61,895 nucleotides of DNA from Carpediemonas membranifera BICM (lineage: Eukaryota; Protista; Fornicata): positions 1,810,946 to 1,872,840 of the forward strand of contig JAHDYR010000012.1 in NCBI GenBank assembly GCA_019828565.1, written 5' to 3'. Shown one piece after another: positions 34,609 to 44,771 of this stretch; position 1 is the first letter of the stretch, and the number at the start of each line of letters is the position of its first letter. The notes below the pieces were generated by a model. The model worked only from the letters and a program-made list of their open reading frames with translations. It made no database searches and had not been told where the DNA came from. The translations under genes and the position numbers were made by a program.

Positions 34609-35370
34609 TTATAGCTCCTGTGCCGAACACTCTAAGTAGTAATTCATGATGGCTTGGTATACCTTGCGACGCAGCACATCACGCGATTCAGCCTCAGCAC
34701 GTTCCGCATTCCGCTTGGCAATGACAGAAGTGAGCTGACTGAGTGTCTTAGCCTCCTTCTTCAGAACTCTGGTGGGTCTGGCGAAGATGAGATCCGCGTC
34801 GCGGTCACGGCAAGGCTTGCTCAGGACGAGCTTGACGTCATCGACCGTCACACCGCACGATGAAGCAGCGAAGGCATGGACCTTAGCCCGGTAGGCGATG
34901 GGAATGCGGTGAAAGGCATCATCCATCTCGCGGACAGTCGCGATGAGTGGGTCGTCCGTGTCCAGCTCATCTGTCTGGGCGTCAAGACTGAGGAGAGCCT
35001 TGAAGCGGTGACGCTTGTCCTCATCACCGCCTCCCTGCCACTTGCGGCTGATCTCTTCGACCGACTGGAGATTGCCGTAGAGCTTGTCCTTCTTCAAGGA
35101 GGCTACTTTCATTTTAGGGACCTCGGCGGCAAACTTCTGGCTGAAGTCGACAACCCATCCGTTTGCGCGGGTAATATCGTCATTATTAAGGAGGAAATTG
35201 CTGATAAAGGTCTGAACGATCTCGATGGGCGTCTTGTGAGCTTTTCGGGCTGTTTTCGTGCACTTGTTGGACTTGCTCTGGCTCTTTTGCTGCGCTTTCT
35301 TGCCAAGAGCCATTCTCCTCTCCTTTTGAGCTTCAGTGGCCTGTATATTGCCTTGTTTACTTCTTGTCAT
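34609..35370 (-). CDS. Divergent member of the H3-tail-mimic family (MTRSKQ.. N-terminus)
   Basis: Basic N-terminus MTRSKQ..KTARK; C-terminal AD-x12-EA-x12-RN pattern spaced exactly as in 59543-60400. Confidence 0.55.
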   Translation of the reverse strand: MTRSKQGNIQATEAQKERRMALGKKAQQKSQSKSNKCTKTARKAHKTPIEIVQTFISNFLLNNDDITRANGWVVDFSQKFAAEVPKMKVASLKKDKLYGNLQSVEEISRKWQGGGDEDKRHRFKALLSLDAQTDELDTDDPLIATVREMDDAFHRIPIAYRAKVHAFAASSCGVTVDDVKLVLSKPCRDRDADLIFARPTRVLKKEAKTLSQLTSVIAKRNAERAEAESRDVLRRKVYQAIMNYYLECSAQEL

Positions 35371-35518
35371 CGTTGTTTCCTTAAAATGCGTGTGAAAATG
35401 TGAAATGAACTGTGACTCTCGACATTGCTGCGCAGCTATGGTATTCCAACGGCACAGAACGGGTTTATAGCATGCATATGATCCATTCTGGTGCCTTTAT
35501 CCTCTATAGGCAGGCTCT

Positions 35519-35960
35519 TCAAGCATAGATCTTACCTGTAGTCTTCTGTCGAAGGTCCTCACATGCATAGCAGGACGTTTTGTTAGACACCAGCTGGCAG
35601 GATGGACACGTGATGGGAGGTTTCTTGTGATGTCTCTCCCCGCAGGATACATGCATGAATCTTTTGCACGCCGAACATTGCAAGTATGTCACGTGGCTAG
35701 GATTCCACCACCAGTCAGGCGCGTGGCAAACACAACAACCAAAGCAGAGGGCCCGCATGTACAGAACTGCTAGTAGTCGGTCACAAACCGGGCTGCATCG
35801 TGAGCAGTCAGACGGTCGACGGGGCGTGCCTGGGCCACCATCCAGCAGCTGTACAGTGATGGATGATACGAGATCATAATGATCCGCATCAGTGAGCGAT
35901 TGGCCAGGGTACGGAGATAAGCGGGCTGGCCCTCGGTAAGTCGGGGGTGAGCCGCGTCAA
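35519..35960 (-). pseudogene. Gypsy accessory-family core fused to a PHD finger (5'-truncated, one frameshift near 35772)
   Basis: RIIMISYHPSLYSCWMVAQ..AARFVTDY aligns with the 50.8-kb accessory protein; followed by C4HC3 CCVC..LQCSACKRFMHVSC..CPSC. Confidence 0.65.
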
Positions 35961-35968
35961 GACGCCGA

Positions 35969-37308
35969 TCACAACATGCCCTGAATGGGGAGCTCGAAGC
36001 GATTGGAAACGCGACCGGATACAGAAGCAATGACGGCTTGGAAGCCTGTAACCTTACAGTAGCTGAGAACCAGGTCGTAGTCGCTGGAAACTCCGTATGC
36101 TGTGACCGTGTCCCTGAGTCCCTTTGGAGTCATGGGGGACTTGGCCATGTGAAGAGGAATCTCATAAGACGTGTGAGCCGTGATGTACACGCCAGGGCTC
36201 TTGATCTTGATCGGTACAGGCAACTTAGTCGGCGTTAGGCCCGCCAACACGGCCTTGTCGGGGTTGACCAAGCAGACATCTGCGCCGCAGTCATATAGCA
36301 CGAGCTTCCAAGTCACGGGCTCTCCACAATGTGCGGTGATATCTGCCGATACTACCGGAAGGTTGGGACCACCAGAAATTACGGTCCACACCTGAGGTCT
36401 TGACGGTTGCGGGAGTTAAATAGGAGGACGGATTTACACTGGACTTACAGAACTGTGCCAGGTGTCCGTCCTTCCCACACTTCTCGCAGCGCGTCTTGGG
36501 CTTACGGCTGTTCTCCTCGCGTCTGACGGTCGTTTGAGCAAAGGGGCGGCTGAGCGAAGACGCCTCACACAAGCGCCGGATGAGGGCGCTGGCCCGGGGG
36601 AAGACCTCCTCCAGAGGGAGGCCGGCGGTGACGCCGTCGACCTGGGCGCGGAGCTCCTCGTGGCGGATGGATCCCACGAAGAGGTCATGGATGCTCTTCT
36701 CCGATAGCTCTGGGTCCAAGAGCGACAGACGACGTTGGAACAGGGCGAAGCGCCCAACATGGGGGAATCCGTCATATGAAAGCTTGAATAGCTGGCGTTG
36801 GAGCTCGACTTCGGTCGGCCTGAGGACGCGCCCGAGGGCGTTGAGCACGGCTCTCTCCCTGTATGCAGTACTGTTGCGTACCTTGAGGCGGATAGTGGGT
36901 CCGAAGGTCGCGTCCTCGTCGTCTGACGGGGGGGTCCGGACCGTGTACTTGGCGTCGGAGTAGACGCTCAGCAGATCGACGCCACATGAAGAGGAGTACG
37001 CGTATACTGCGGGGCCAATGCGTTTGAGCAACTTGGAGGAACCGCCCTGGCGCACGTGGCGCTCCAGCTGTTCATTGAATCTAAACAGCGCGCTGATGTC
37101 GGGCTCGTCGAGAACGGGCCCATTTCTATCATAGGTCTCATTGTGTTTCGTCATTAGATGGAAAATACTAGTATTGTGGTCTCTTATGACAAAAGAACTT
37201 TAGTAGTCAAACGGGATTCGACACAGAGGTGTCGAATCCTGAGATATAAATATCATATCTATCTTCCAGAGGTCCCTAAACTGCTCGGTAAGGGATACCA
37301 AACCGACA
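35969..37308 (-). mobile_element. Truncated gypsy element (Gypsy-2): 5' LTR at ~37175-37308, gag and protease, no pol
   Basis: Gag 37154-36291 with CEKCGKDGHLAQFC; protease-like LYDCGA; LTR with TTCGACAC..GTGTCGAA hairpin; palindromic PBS-position motif at 37164-37175. Outer LTR end uncertain. Confidence 0.75.
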
Positions 37309-37928
37309 CCCCTGCTGTGGCTACCAGCCATCCATATCCTCGAGGAGCTCCAGCCCAACTCGGAAGTGGTCAGGGCCCTTGCGGCCTGTCCCATCTGTCA
37401 GAAGGTCGCAATCAATGCTGCTGTTGTTGCGATTCTATCATCCCCGCAGACTGCCCTCCAGACCATCTGCGCGACGCCATGGACGAGGCTAAACCAGACT
37501 CACCTGTCAGAGTGCCCAACTCTGAGCCTCGATCCATCATGCCTCTTCAAACACCCCGAGACATTCTCGGAGCGCCACGACCATAAGGTAACGAACTGGA
37601 TCCGAGAGCACCTTGAGACGTAAGGGTTCCTTCCCTTTACACAGCATAATAAGCCACCACCTCCCAGCCGTCCGCCCTCCCCTGATCCAAGGCGTTCGGT
37701 GCTGCCCCCGCGGCAACGGCAGGCTGCGCACACCCCCCTGTCTCATGAGTGGATCTCCCAACCGTCGGGCCTGGCTGCCCGCCACTAGGCGGGTCTTTTC
37801 TTTTTCCCCGAGCCTGGGGTTTTTCCAGCCCTCCAACTGGCCGTCATGTTGTCGTGTCGTTGTATTTATTGAGTTCGCACCTGGCTCCGCAGGCCAGGGT
37901 TCGCACGTGCTACACGTTGGCACCCCAC

Positions 37929-38031
37929 TGTAGTCCCTTTTGCAAGAACTGAGTTTACAAGAGAGAGAAGTCGACACAATAGGTGTCGACTGACCAAAGA
38001 GGACCCATATAAATATATATATAGGCTGACA
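37929..38031 (-). repeat. 3' LTR (103 bp) of a partial minus-strand gypsy element (Gypsy-6)
   Basis: TG..CA ends; GTCGACAC..GTGTCGAC hairpin similar to Gypsy-1 and Gypsy-2 LTRs; PPT GGGGGGCAG adjacent from 38032. Confidence 0.75.
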
Positions 38032-39290
38032 CTGCCCCCCCAATGCTCGACTGAGCATGACTGCTGGTTACTCATATGATCCACAGTGGGGGCCTGCCTA
38101 ACGCGGTTCGCCGGCGAGAACGCCGGGGTCGCGGAGAAACCGAAGAAGCCGGAGAACCGGGCAACCGGATAACGCACCCAATTCTGGGTCGTTGTAAACC
38201 GTGGCTAGTGAAGAATCACATAGCCGGATAATCCGTTGCAGCGTCCTGGTCCCTAAAAGACCTTCAGGCCGCTGCCGGGGCGTGGTCAGCGCCAGTATCA
38301 ATAATCAAGAAATCGGTCGTCATATGCGCGGTACCGCTGTGTAAGCATGCTATATCATGAGAAAAAGGTATCTTACTGCCCCTCCGTACCCCCAGGGTAC
38401 AATTGTTAAGGGTATACCTTACCATAAATCCGCAACGTAAATCGTTGGACACAATTGAACGAGCATCGTGTTTGTCTTGGGCAGGAGGCCCCATTACCGT
38501 TACTCTTACCTAGTGCTCGAAAATGGCCATTAGAAGGCTCAACGGGGCTTCGTTGGCGAGATATGGCTTTTTTGTTCATCAGCCGTCGCCACGCCACCGA
38601 AGCACAACCGATACGGCCTTTGAAGCTAAACAACATCATTTCGCGCCCACTGGGCATCATCTACAGAGTAAATCAGCTATCATCTAGCTTCTTCGACGAG
38701 ATTTCCCTTTTTTGGCCGATACAATGCCTCGAAGAGCACAAGTCGCATTGGATCCCGTCTTTTCGGGGCTTCTAGAGCAGTTACTCACTCATCTTGAGGA
38801 CGAAAGCTCGCGAAACCGGTTGAGGAACGCCGCTCGCCGCTGCTTCCTCCAGAGTGCTAGGACGAGGCAAGCTGGCCGCAATCCCGCCGTTATCGTTCGG
38901 GAATCCCTTGCTCGCCGCGCCCGACAGGTCAATACTGACCGTCCAGCGTCGCCCTCGTCCTTACCTGCGCCTACCGAGGCCGATACGGCTACTCGCGTTA
39001 CCGCCGCTCCTTCCCCCGACGAGGAGAGCGACTATGACGTCAGCGAAGATACGCCAACCCTAGCCGAGCTGGTCGGCGTGATGTGGGAGGGGTTCTTCAA
39101 CTTCGTGGACTCCGCTGAGCCCTTGCTCGATGCTCTCAACGGAGGCACGCTCTACAGCGCCGGACATGATGTGAAGCGAACTGTTTATAGGTAAACCGTC
39201 TAAAGGTAAAAATGGTCTAAACTGCCGTGACACTACCCTCTCTTTGGAAGAAAACCCCTCCTGGGGAGCAAAAGAAACCAAAGAGGGACC

Positions 39291-42017
39291 TTAAACGTAA
39301 TTATCAAGGTTCTTACGGGCCTTCCGAGCACGGCGCTTAACCTCTTCGACGTGGGACACAGACCTTAGGTGCTGTTCCGTGCGTTCATCATAGTTTTTCC
39401 ACTTAATGGTCACCATACCGGTTTTCCAGTCGATCTTCTCGATCTTTTCGATCTCAAACTGTTCCTTATCGGATTCGGCTAATTGCTTCATTTGAGTCTC
39501 TTCAAGATCTGTCTCAAATGGCATCAGTTTGTCGACGTGGGTAACTCTAATGTCTCCTTTGACAATAGATTGCAGCTTCACCTTATGGTTCGGCAGTACC
39601 TCGTGAATCTTCCACGGGCCTCTGTTCGGGCAGTCGAGCTTCTTGGGGTTTTCATGTTTCCATAGGACATAGTCACCTACTTCTACCCCCTTCGTCTCGA
39701 TCTGGCTCCTGGCGGATGTGCCTTCCCTTACGGAGTCTTCCAGTGTCCTTAGGACCTCCTGGAGAGATTGCTTGAACTCAACAATCCTCTTGTCGCCCCA
39801 CTCTGCCCCGTCCCACTCAGTGGAAAATAGGTTGTGAGGCTGACCGAATATTAATTCATGAGGGGAGAACTGCGTAGCAGTGTGTGTCGTGCCATTAAGT
39901 ATCATTTGAACGGTTGGCACCAATGTTGCCCACTCGTCTCGGCTCGCAATAGCGAGGACCATCCACCTTAAGTGGCGACCAATCTCTGCATTTCTCCTCT
40001 CCACCAGCCCATTACTCTGGGGGTGATATGGGATCGTGAAGTGCCGAAGCACCTTCAGCTCCGTGAGCATCGCGTCCAGTATGGAGTTTGCGTATTCCGG
40101 ACCCCCATCAGATTGGAGTTCGAGAGGGACACCGTATCTCGTAAAGACTCGGTCCCATAGGGCCTGTGCAACTGTGCGTGCGTCATCGCTGGCTACGGGG
40201 ATAAGCTCCGTATACCTAGTGAACATGTCAACTGCTGTGACGATGTATCGTGCCCCCAGATTATCCAAGGGCAGTGGTCCAATGGTGTCCACAGCCACGG
40301 TCTCCCATGGCTTGCCTCTAAGGCTGGATCCTGCTTCGACCTCAATGTAGTTTCTTATTCTCGACTTGAGGCAGATCGGGCACCGCTTAACGGTTCGTCT
40401 GACATCATTCAGCATGCTAGGCCAAAAACCCATCTTCTTCAGCATCTGATACGTGGCATTTGAGCCAGTGTGGAATTGATGTGCCAACTGCAGGAAGGTG
40501 TCGCGTAGCTTACCGTCCGGGATGATCGGGACTCCTTGTACGAAGTACGTAGAGTCCACCAGGGTGCAGCCGTCTAGGCCTTCCCAACCGATCCTATGTT
40601 CCTCAGGGAGGCTGGCCTGGGCCTCGCTGATATCCCATAGGGACGGTCTCACCTCGCTCTCCTCTGCTTCTAGCAGATTTAAGGAGTGTGAGTCCCGGCA
40701 GGTGCTCTGCACCCGCGACAGCATATCTGCCATGACGTTAGCGTTACCAGATATATGACTAATGGTGAACGTGTAGTCCGATAGGACGGTAACCCAGCGA
40801 AGGAGCTTCTTTGATAGCTCTTTCCTCTGTAGTAAATATACCAAGTTGCGGTGATCCGTATGAATCTGGATATCATCCTTCAACCTAAAGAGTTGGGCCA
40901 TATCGGGCCGCGTCAGGCAGTATATGATCGCATGAAGCTCTTGTTCATACGTGGGCCACCTGGACTGGGTGGCACTGTGGCTCTTAGAGAACAGTGAGAC
41001 GAGTTCCCGGTTACCGGACTCGTCCTCCTGGACTAAAATACCCCCGAGTCCTTCGTTAGACGCGTCCGTCTCAAGGATCCATTTCTTAGAAAGGTCGGGG
41101 AAACTCAGGATCAAGTCGGATGATAGCCGTTCCTTGAAAGCTTCGAAAGCTTCATCCTGCTCTTGGGTCCAGGTGATCAGCTGTTGATCTTTTGACGCTT
41201 TAAGCATGTCATTAAGCGGCTTTAGGAGGCGCGACGCGTCCGATACGAACTGCGCGACATAGTTAAATGATCCTAGAGTGCGCTGAAGCTGCTTCGGAGT
41301 TTCCGGTCTGGGGATGGCTCTTACGGCATCTACCCTCTCGGGGGAAAGTTGCTTCCCTTTTTCTGAGATAATATATCCCACGGCCTCGATGTGATCTGTA
41401 CCAATTACACATTTTGGGCCCTTCAGACGTAGTCTATACTCCTTGCAGATGTCAAAGACTTTCTCGAGGATCTCTAAGAACTCCTCTTCTGTCTTGGCGT
41501 AGACCATAAGGTCATCAATGTAAATGTCAACTCCTTTGTGGAGGACCGGGGCGAACGCCTTTTGCATTGCCTTTTGGAACCTAGAGGGTGCATTGCAGAG
41601 CCCAAATGGGCACCGGCGGAACTCCATGTAATGGTCCGGTGTGACAAAAGCTGTCTTCGGAATGTCCGTCTCCTCCATGCTCATTTGATAATAGCCCTGC
41701 CGTAGGTCAAGAGCCGCAAAAATCTTGCATCCAGCTGCCCTATCGACGAACTGACGGAGGTTTGGTAGTGGGAATTTGTCCTTCACTGTATTGGCATTGA
41801 GGGCCTTGTAGTCGACACATAGTCTGATCTTATCTGATCCCTTGTGTCCCTTACGGACAACTACAATGGGTGAGCTGAACGGTCCCGATGAGGGTTGGAT
41901 TATCCCGTCCGCCACTAGGTTCTCGAGCTCATCATTCACGAGCTCATTTGTTGTCTCAGCGAGGCTTCTAGGCCGCAGCTGGACGAGCTCCTCACGATCT
42001 ATGAGCTCTATAGACAT
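39291..42017 (-). CDS. pol: Gypsy-3 Pol (RT, RNase H, integrase, chromo-like domain)
   Basis: RLCVDY, LDLRQGYYQ, YIDD, ETDAS, HHCC, SDGG, NGLVER, RGPW, FEIEKI..IKWKNY. Confidence 0.95.
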   Translation of the reverse strand: MSIELIDREELVQLRPRSLAETTNELVNDELENLVADGIIQPSSGPFSSPIVVVRKGHKGSDKIRLCVDYKALNANTVKDKFPLPNLRQFVDRAAGCKIFAALDLRQGYYQMSMEETDIPKTAFVTPDHYMEFRRCPFGLCNAPSRFQKAMQKAFAPVLHKGVDIYIDDLMVYAKTEEEFLEILEKVFDICKEYRLRLKGPKCVIGTDHIEAVGYIISEKGKQLSPERVDAVRAIPRPETPKQLQRTLGSFNYVAQFVSDASRLLKPLNDMLKASKDQQLITWTQEQDEAFEAFKERLSSDLILSFPDLSKKWILETDASNEGLGGILVQEDESGNRELVSLFSKSHSATQSRWPTYEQELHAIIYCLTRPDMAQLFRLKDDIQIHTDHRNLVYLLQRKELSKKLLRWVTVLSDYTFTISHISGNANVMADMLSRVQSTCRDSHSLNLLEAEESEVRPSLWDISEAQASLPEEHRIGWEGLDGCTLVDSTYFVQGVPIIPDGKLRDTFLQLAHQFHTGSNATYQMLKKMGFWPSMLNDVRRTVKRCPICLKSRIRNYIEVEAGSSLRGKPWETVAVDTIGPLPLDNLGARYIVTAVDMFTRYTELIPVASDDARTVAQALWDRVFTRYGVPLELQSDGGPEYANSILDAMLTELKVLRHFTIPYHPQSNGLVERRNAEIGRHLRWMVLAIASRDEWATLVPTVQMILNGTTHTATQFSPHELIFGQPHNLFSTEWDGAEWGDKRIVEFKQSLQEVLRTLEDSVREGTSARSQIETKGVEVGDYVLWKHENPKKLDCPNRGPWKIHEVLPNHKVKLQSIVKGDIRVTHVDKLMPFETDLEETQMKQLAESDKEQFEIEKIEKIDWKTGMVTIKWKNYDERTEQHLRSVSHVEEVKRRARKARKNLDNYV

Positions 42018-42121
42018 TTTGTCCAGGCGAGACCCTTCACTAGGCAGGGTTTCGTCAAAGACCTCTTCGGCCTCAAGAATCTTAGATATGATTTGGTCCC
42101 GAATTTTAGATTCGGGGACCG

Positions 42122-43438
42122 TTACACCAAGACTTCCTGGGTGTCACACACGTTGGCTTCTGAATCCAAGTATCGGTGTGCAAAGGGGAGCCACTCATCT
42201 TCGTTCGGGTCCGACATAATCTTCCCCAAGTTGAAGTTTAGGGTCTCGTCCCCAATCAGCCCTAAGGCTCTGAGGACGTCGCATCCAAGGAGTACCTTGA
42301 AAGCTTCCCCAGGCAGCACGTAGTACCGCCACTTGACCCTAATGGGCGCAGCCCCAATATTAGGAAGAATTATCTCCATTTCAGCCACTTGGTCTGTTGT
42401 GACAGTGCTGTTATCGCCCAGGGTTACCCTGATGCGTTCCCCTATTGACACGCTGACTGCCTCTTTTGGCAGTTTACGCAACGCCGCCTTGCTCATAAAG
42501 CTTCTAGAGGCTCCGGTGTCAACAATGAACCGATATTGATTTTCCTTTAATACGGCGGACGTAGTCATAGGGCCTTCAGCGATAGCTGCGAGGTTAGCCT
42601 CGGCCTTCCTCTCCTCCAGCCGATGCTTTGGATGCTGGGGGCAGCGGAAGGACTTGTGCCCGTACTTCTCGCAGATGGGGCAGAAGGGGATCCCGAGCCT
42701 ATTCTTGATGGGATCTGGGCCCTTAGGACCCTGGGGAGGCTGTTGAGCCGGCCCCTTGTGGGGGTGACTGGGCTGACCGCCCTGGCGCTGCCAGTTCTTT
42801 CTCTTGCCCGTATGGGCTTGAGGGCGGTCTGTAGGCTGGACATGGCCCAGGGGGGTGAACCCCCGCTTATCGAGGCGCTTGGCTGCCTTCACGGCACACT
42901 TGACAACGTCTTCGAACGAGGTCGCGCCAGTGATAGCCGCTAGGGCTCGGGTCTGTTTTTGCAAGACCGAGGGCCCTAGGCCCTTTACGAAGCACTTCCC
43001 CGCGTAGCGAGAGAAGTTGTCGCCGGGAGTACTGTCCTCAGGTAGATCTTGGAGTAGGTCGTCATCGTCTGCCAGCTTATCGAAGAGTTGGAGGCGGGTA
43101 CGCACGGTGGCGGCGTGTTGGCGGGTGATGCTGAGGAGCGCGTGAGGGCCCGGGGTTGCTGTAGGGGCCTTTAGGGCGGCTAGGTCCTTCGTCAGTTGTA
43201 GGACGTCATCAGGCATAAGGCGCTGCTCCACCCAGGCGATGAACGCGTCCAACTTGATGGTAGCGGGGTCATGGTCATCCGCTTGTAGCTCTAAACGCGT
43301 TGACGGGGAAAGGAGGATGCTTAAGGGGAGTTTCTTGTGAGTGTCGAGGAATATTGTGGCTTTGGCCTTGAAGTGTTGGAGGGACTCAAAGGTAGCTGTT
43401 TCGGTATCGATTGACGGAGTTTCAAACGTCAGGGACAT
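42122..43438 (-). CDS. gag: Gypsy-3 Gag and protease
   Basis: CPICEKYGHKSFRC; FIVDTGA; LLGCDVL. Confidence 0.93.
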   Translation of the reverse strand: MSLTFETPSIDTETATFESLQHFKAKATIFLDTHKKLPLSILLSPSTRLELQADDHDPATIKLDAFIAWVEQRLMPDDVLQLTKDLAALKAPTATPGPHALLSITRQHAATVRTRLQLFDKLADDDDLLQDLPEDSTPGDNFSRYAGKCFVKGLGPSVLQKQTRALAAITGATSFEDVVKCAVKAAKRLDKRGFTPLGHVQPTDRPQAHTGKRKNWQRQGGQPSHPHKGPAQQPPQGPKGPDPIKNRLGIPFCPICEKYGHKSFRCPQHPKHRLEERKAEANLAAIAEGPMTTSAVLKENQYRFIVDTGASRSFMSKAALRKLPKEAVSVSIGERIRVTLGDNSTVTTDQVAEMEIILPNIGAAPIRVKWRYYVLPGEAFKVLLGCDVLRALGLIGDETLNFNLGKIMSDPNEDEWLPFAHRYLDSEANVCDTQEVLV

Positions 43439-44040
43439 CGCAATGACTAGTATTAATACTGTGAAGCGAACTGTTTATAGGTAAACCGTCTAAAGGTAAA
43501 AATGGTCTAAACTACCGTGACACATGACCTTGCCCGTTCCGGACCGACCGCCATTGGTCACCTTTCCCGCGTGGCCGGTGTGCTGTATGTGTGGGCCTGT
43601 CGGCAGCATGCCGCCCGTAACGCCGACACCGAGATTGTCGGTGCCTTTCTGAAGGCCTATCTCGAGTCCCGACGTGGGCTGCGTTGTCCGGATGGTTGGA
43701 GTGTTGAGCGCCAACTCAGACCGGACCTTTGGTTTGCCGTCCTGGCGGGCGGTAATCCCGATCTGTTCCGATTGGCCTTTGGCACCCTATGCCACGGTTC
43801 GAACCACCTCTCGTTCGCCAGAGCCGGCGGGGCGGGTGACAAGCTGAGACAGGCCAAAGCTCTCAATGTAGCGGCCGACACAGTCTACAGCAGCGGTTTC
43901 ATCCGTGGGCCGGATGATGGCCAAGTAAAGCTCGGTGCCCGCGCGCGGGGCGTAAGACACGAGCAGGCGGAGGACGTCACCATCGACACGGTGGCCCCAG
44001 ACGCGAAGAGGCTCATAAGCCCGACCCAGGACATCGGCTG

Positions 44041-44069
44041 TAAGGTAAGGTAAGGTAAGGTAAGGTAAG
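44041..44069 (+). repeat. (TAAGG)n microsatellite
   Basis: Five full TAAGG units plus TAAG at a junction between element remnants. Confidence 0.9.
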
Positions 44070-44074
44070 TTTAC

Positions 44075-44268
44075 CTTCTGACTACACCCCCAATAAGCTT
44101 GCGCCTGGGTGGCGCGGACCGATGCTACAGGGTGACACGGTGAAGCAAGATGGCGTGCCAGTAGCGTACATGGTTAAGGACGTGAACGGTGACGGCACGG
44201 TAGCAGTGTCGGACTACATCAAGAACAAGCTAGCAGAGAAGATGTACATAGGGCAGGTCAAGCGGTAA
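44075..44268 (+). pseudogene. Integrase C-terminal remnant of Gypsy-5, a relative of Gypsy-4
   Basis: TPNKLAPGWRGPM..VKQDGVPVAYMVKD matches Gypsy-4 PPNKLMPGWRGPM..VKQDGVTVAYEVQD. Confidence 0.75.
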
Positions 44269-44771
44269 ATGGCCAGCCTCATCCAGCTAGATTTTTATCA
44301 GTCGTTTATTAATCAAGACTTACACCAGAACAGAACCGATTCTCTCTCCATTCGGGCCCACGTCACGGATGCAGTAGTCGAGCAACTCGGGATGGTCGTC
44401 GAAGAAGGGCTTGACTCTATCCATCGAGGCCATGTCGACGGTGGGCTGAACGATGGAAGACGTGTCGTTCTCGCGACCGGCAACCGTCTCATACGTCATC
44501 AGAAGACGGAGAGTGCGACCATCCAGACGATGGCCGAGTACGCGTGAAGGCGTATAGGCCGCGCTGGGGCGGTTGGCGTCAACGGCCAGGGGCGGGGCAG
44601 GCATGAGACCGGGGGAGTAGCCCGGGGATGCGCCCGGCTTGTGGTGGTCATAGACCACACTAATCATTTATACAGTTTAAGCCATTTATTGGCACAAGGG
44701 TTTTCTCTTCTTCTTTCCCTATAAAAGCATTCTCCGCATTAGCGAGGCACATTAACGTTAATTCCCCTCAA

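Larger units (their letters stand above)
39170..43522 (-). mobile_element. Complete Ty3/gypsy chromovirus-type element (Gypsy-3)
   Basis: 63-bp LTRs at 39170-39232 and 43460-43522 (one mismatch); 5-bp TSD CATGA; PPT AGAGAGGGTAG. Confidence 0.97.
38724..43825 (+). pseudogene. Antisense accessory gene of Gypsy-6, split by Gypsy-3 (38724-39169 plus 43528 to ~43825)
   Basis: Reads ..LYSAGHD|LARSGP..DTEIVGAFL..LRPDLWFAVLAGGNPDLFRLAFG across the CATGA TSD; homologous to the Gypsy-5 accessory protein. Confidence 0.7.

Noticed and set aside
37310-37623. CPICQK-containing ORF as an integrase zinc finger
   Set aside because: Lacks the preceding His pair and any following DDE core; left unassigned.
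37760-37806. Bacterial rho-independent terminator (CCCGCC-ACTA-GGCGGG plus T-run)
   Set aside because: Eukaryotic retroelement context; a single hairpin with no supporting operon.
44041-44069. CRISPR array or prokaryotic defence locus
   Set aside because: Only microsatellites, LTR pairs and TSDs are present; no repeat-spacer structure or cas genes in the window.
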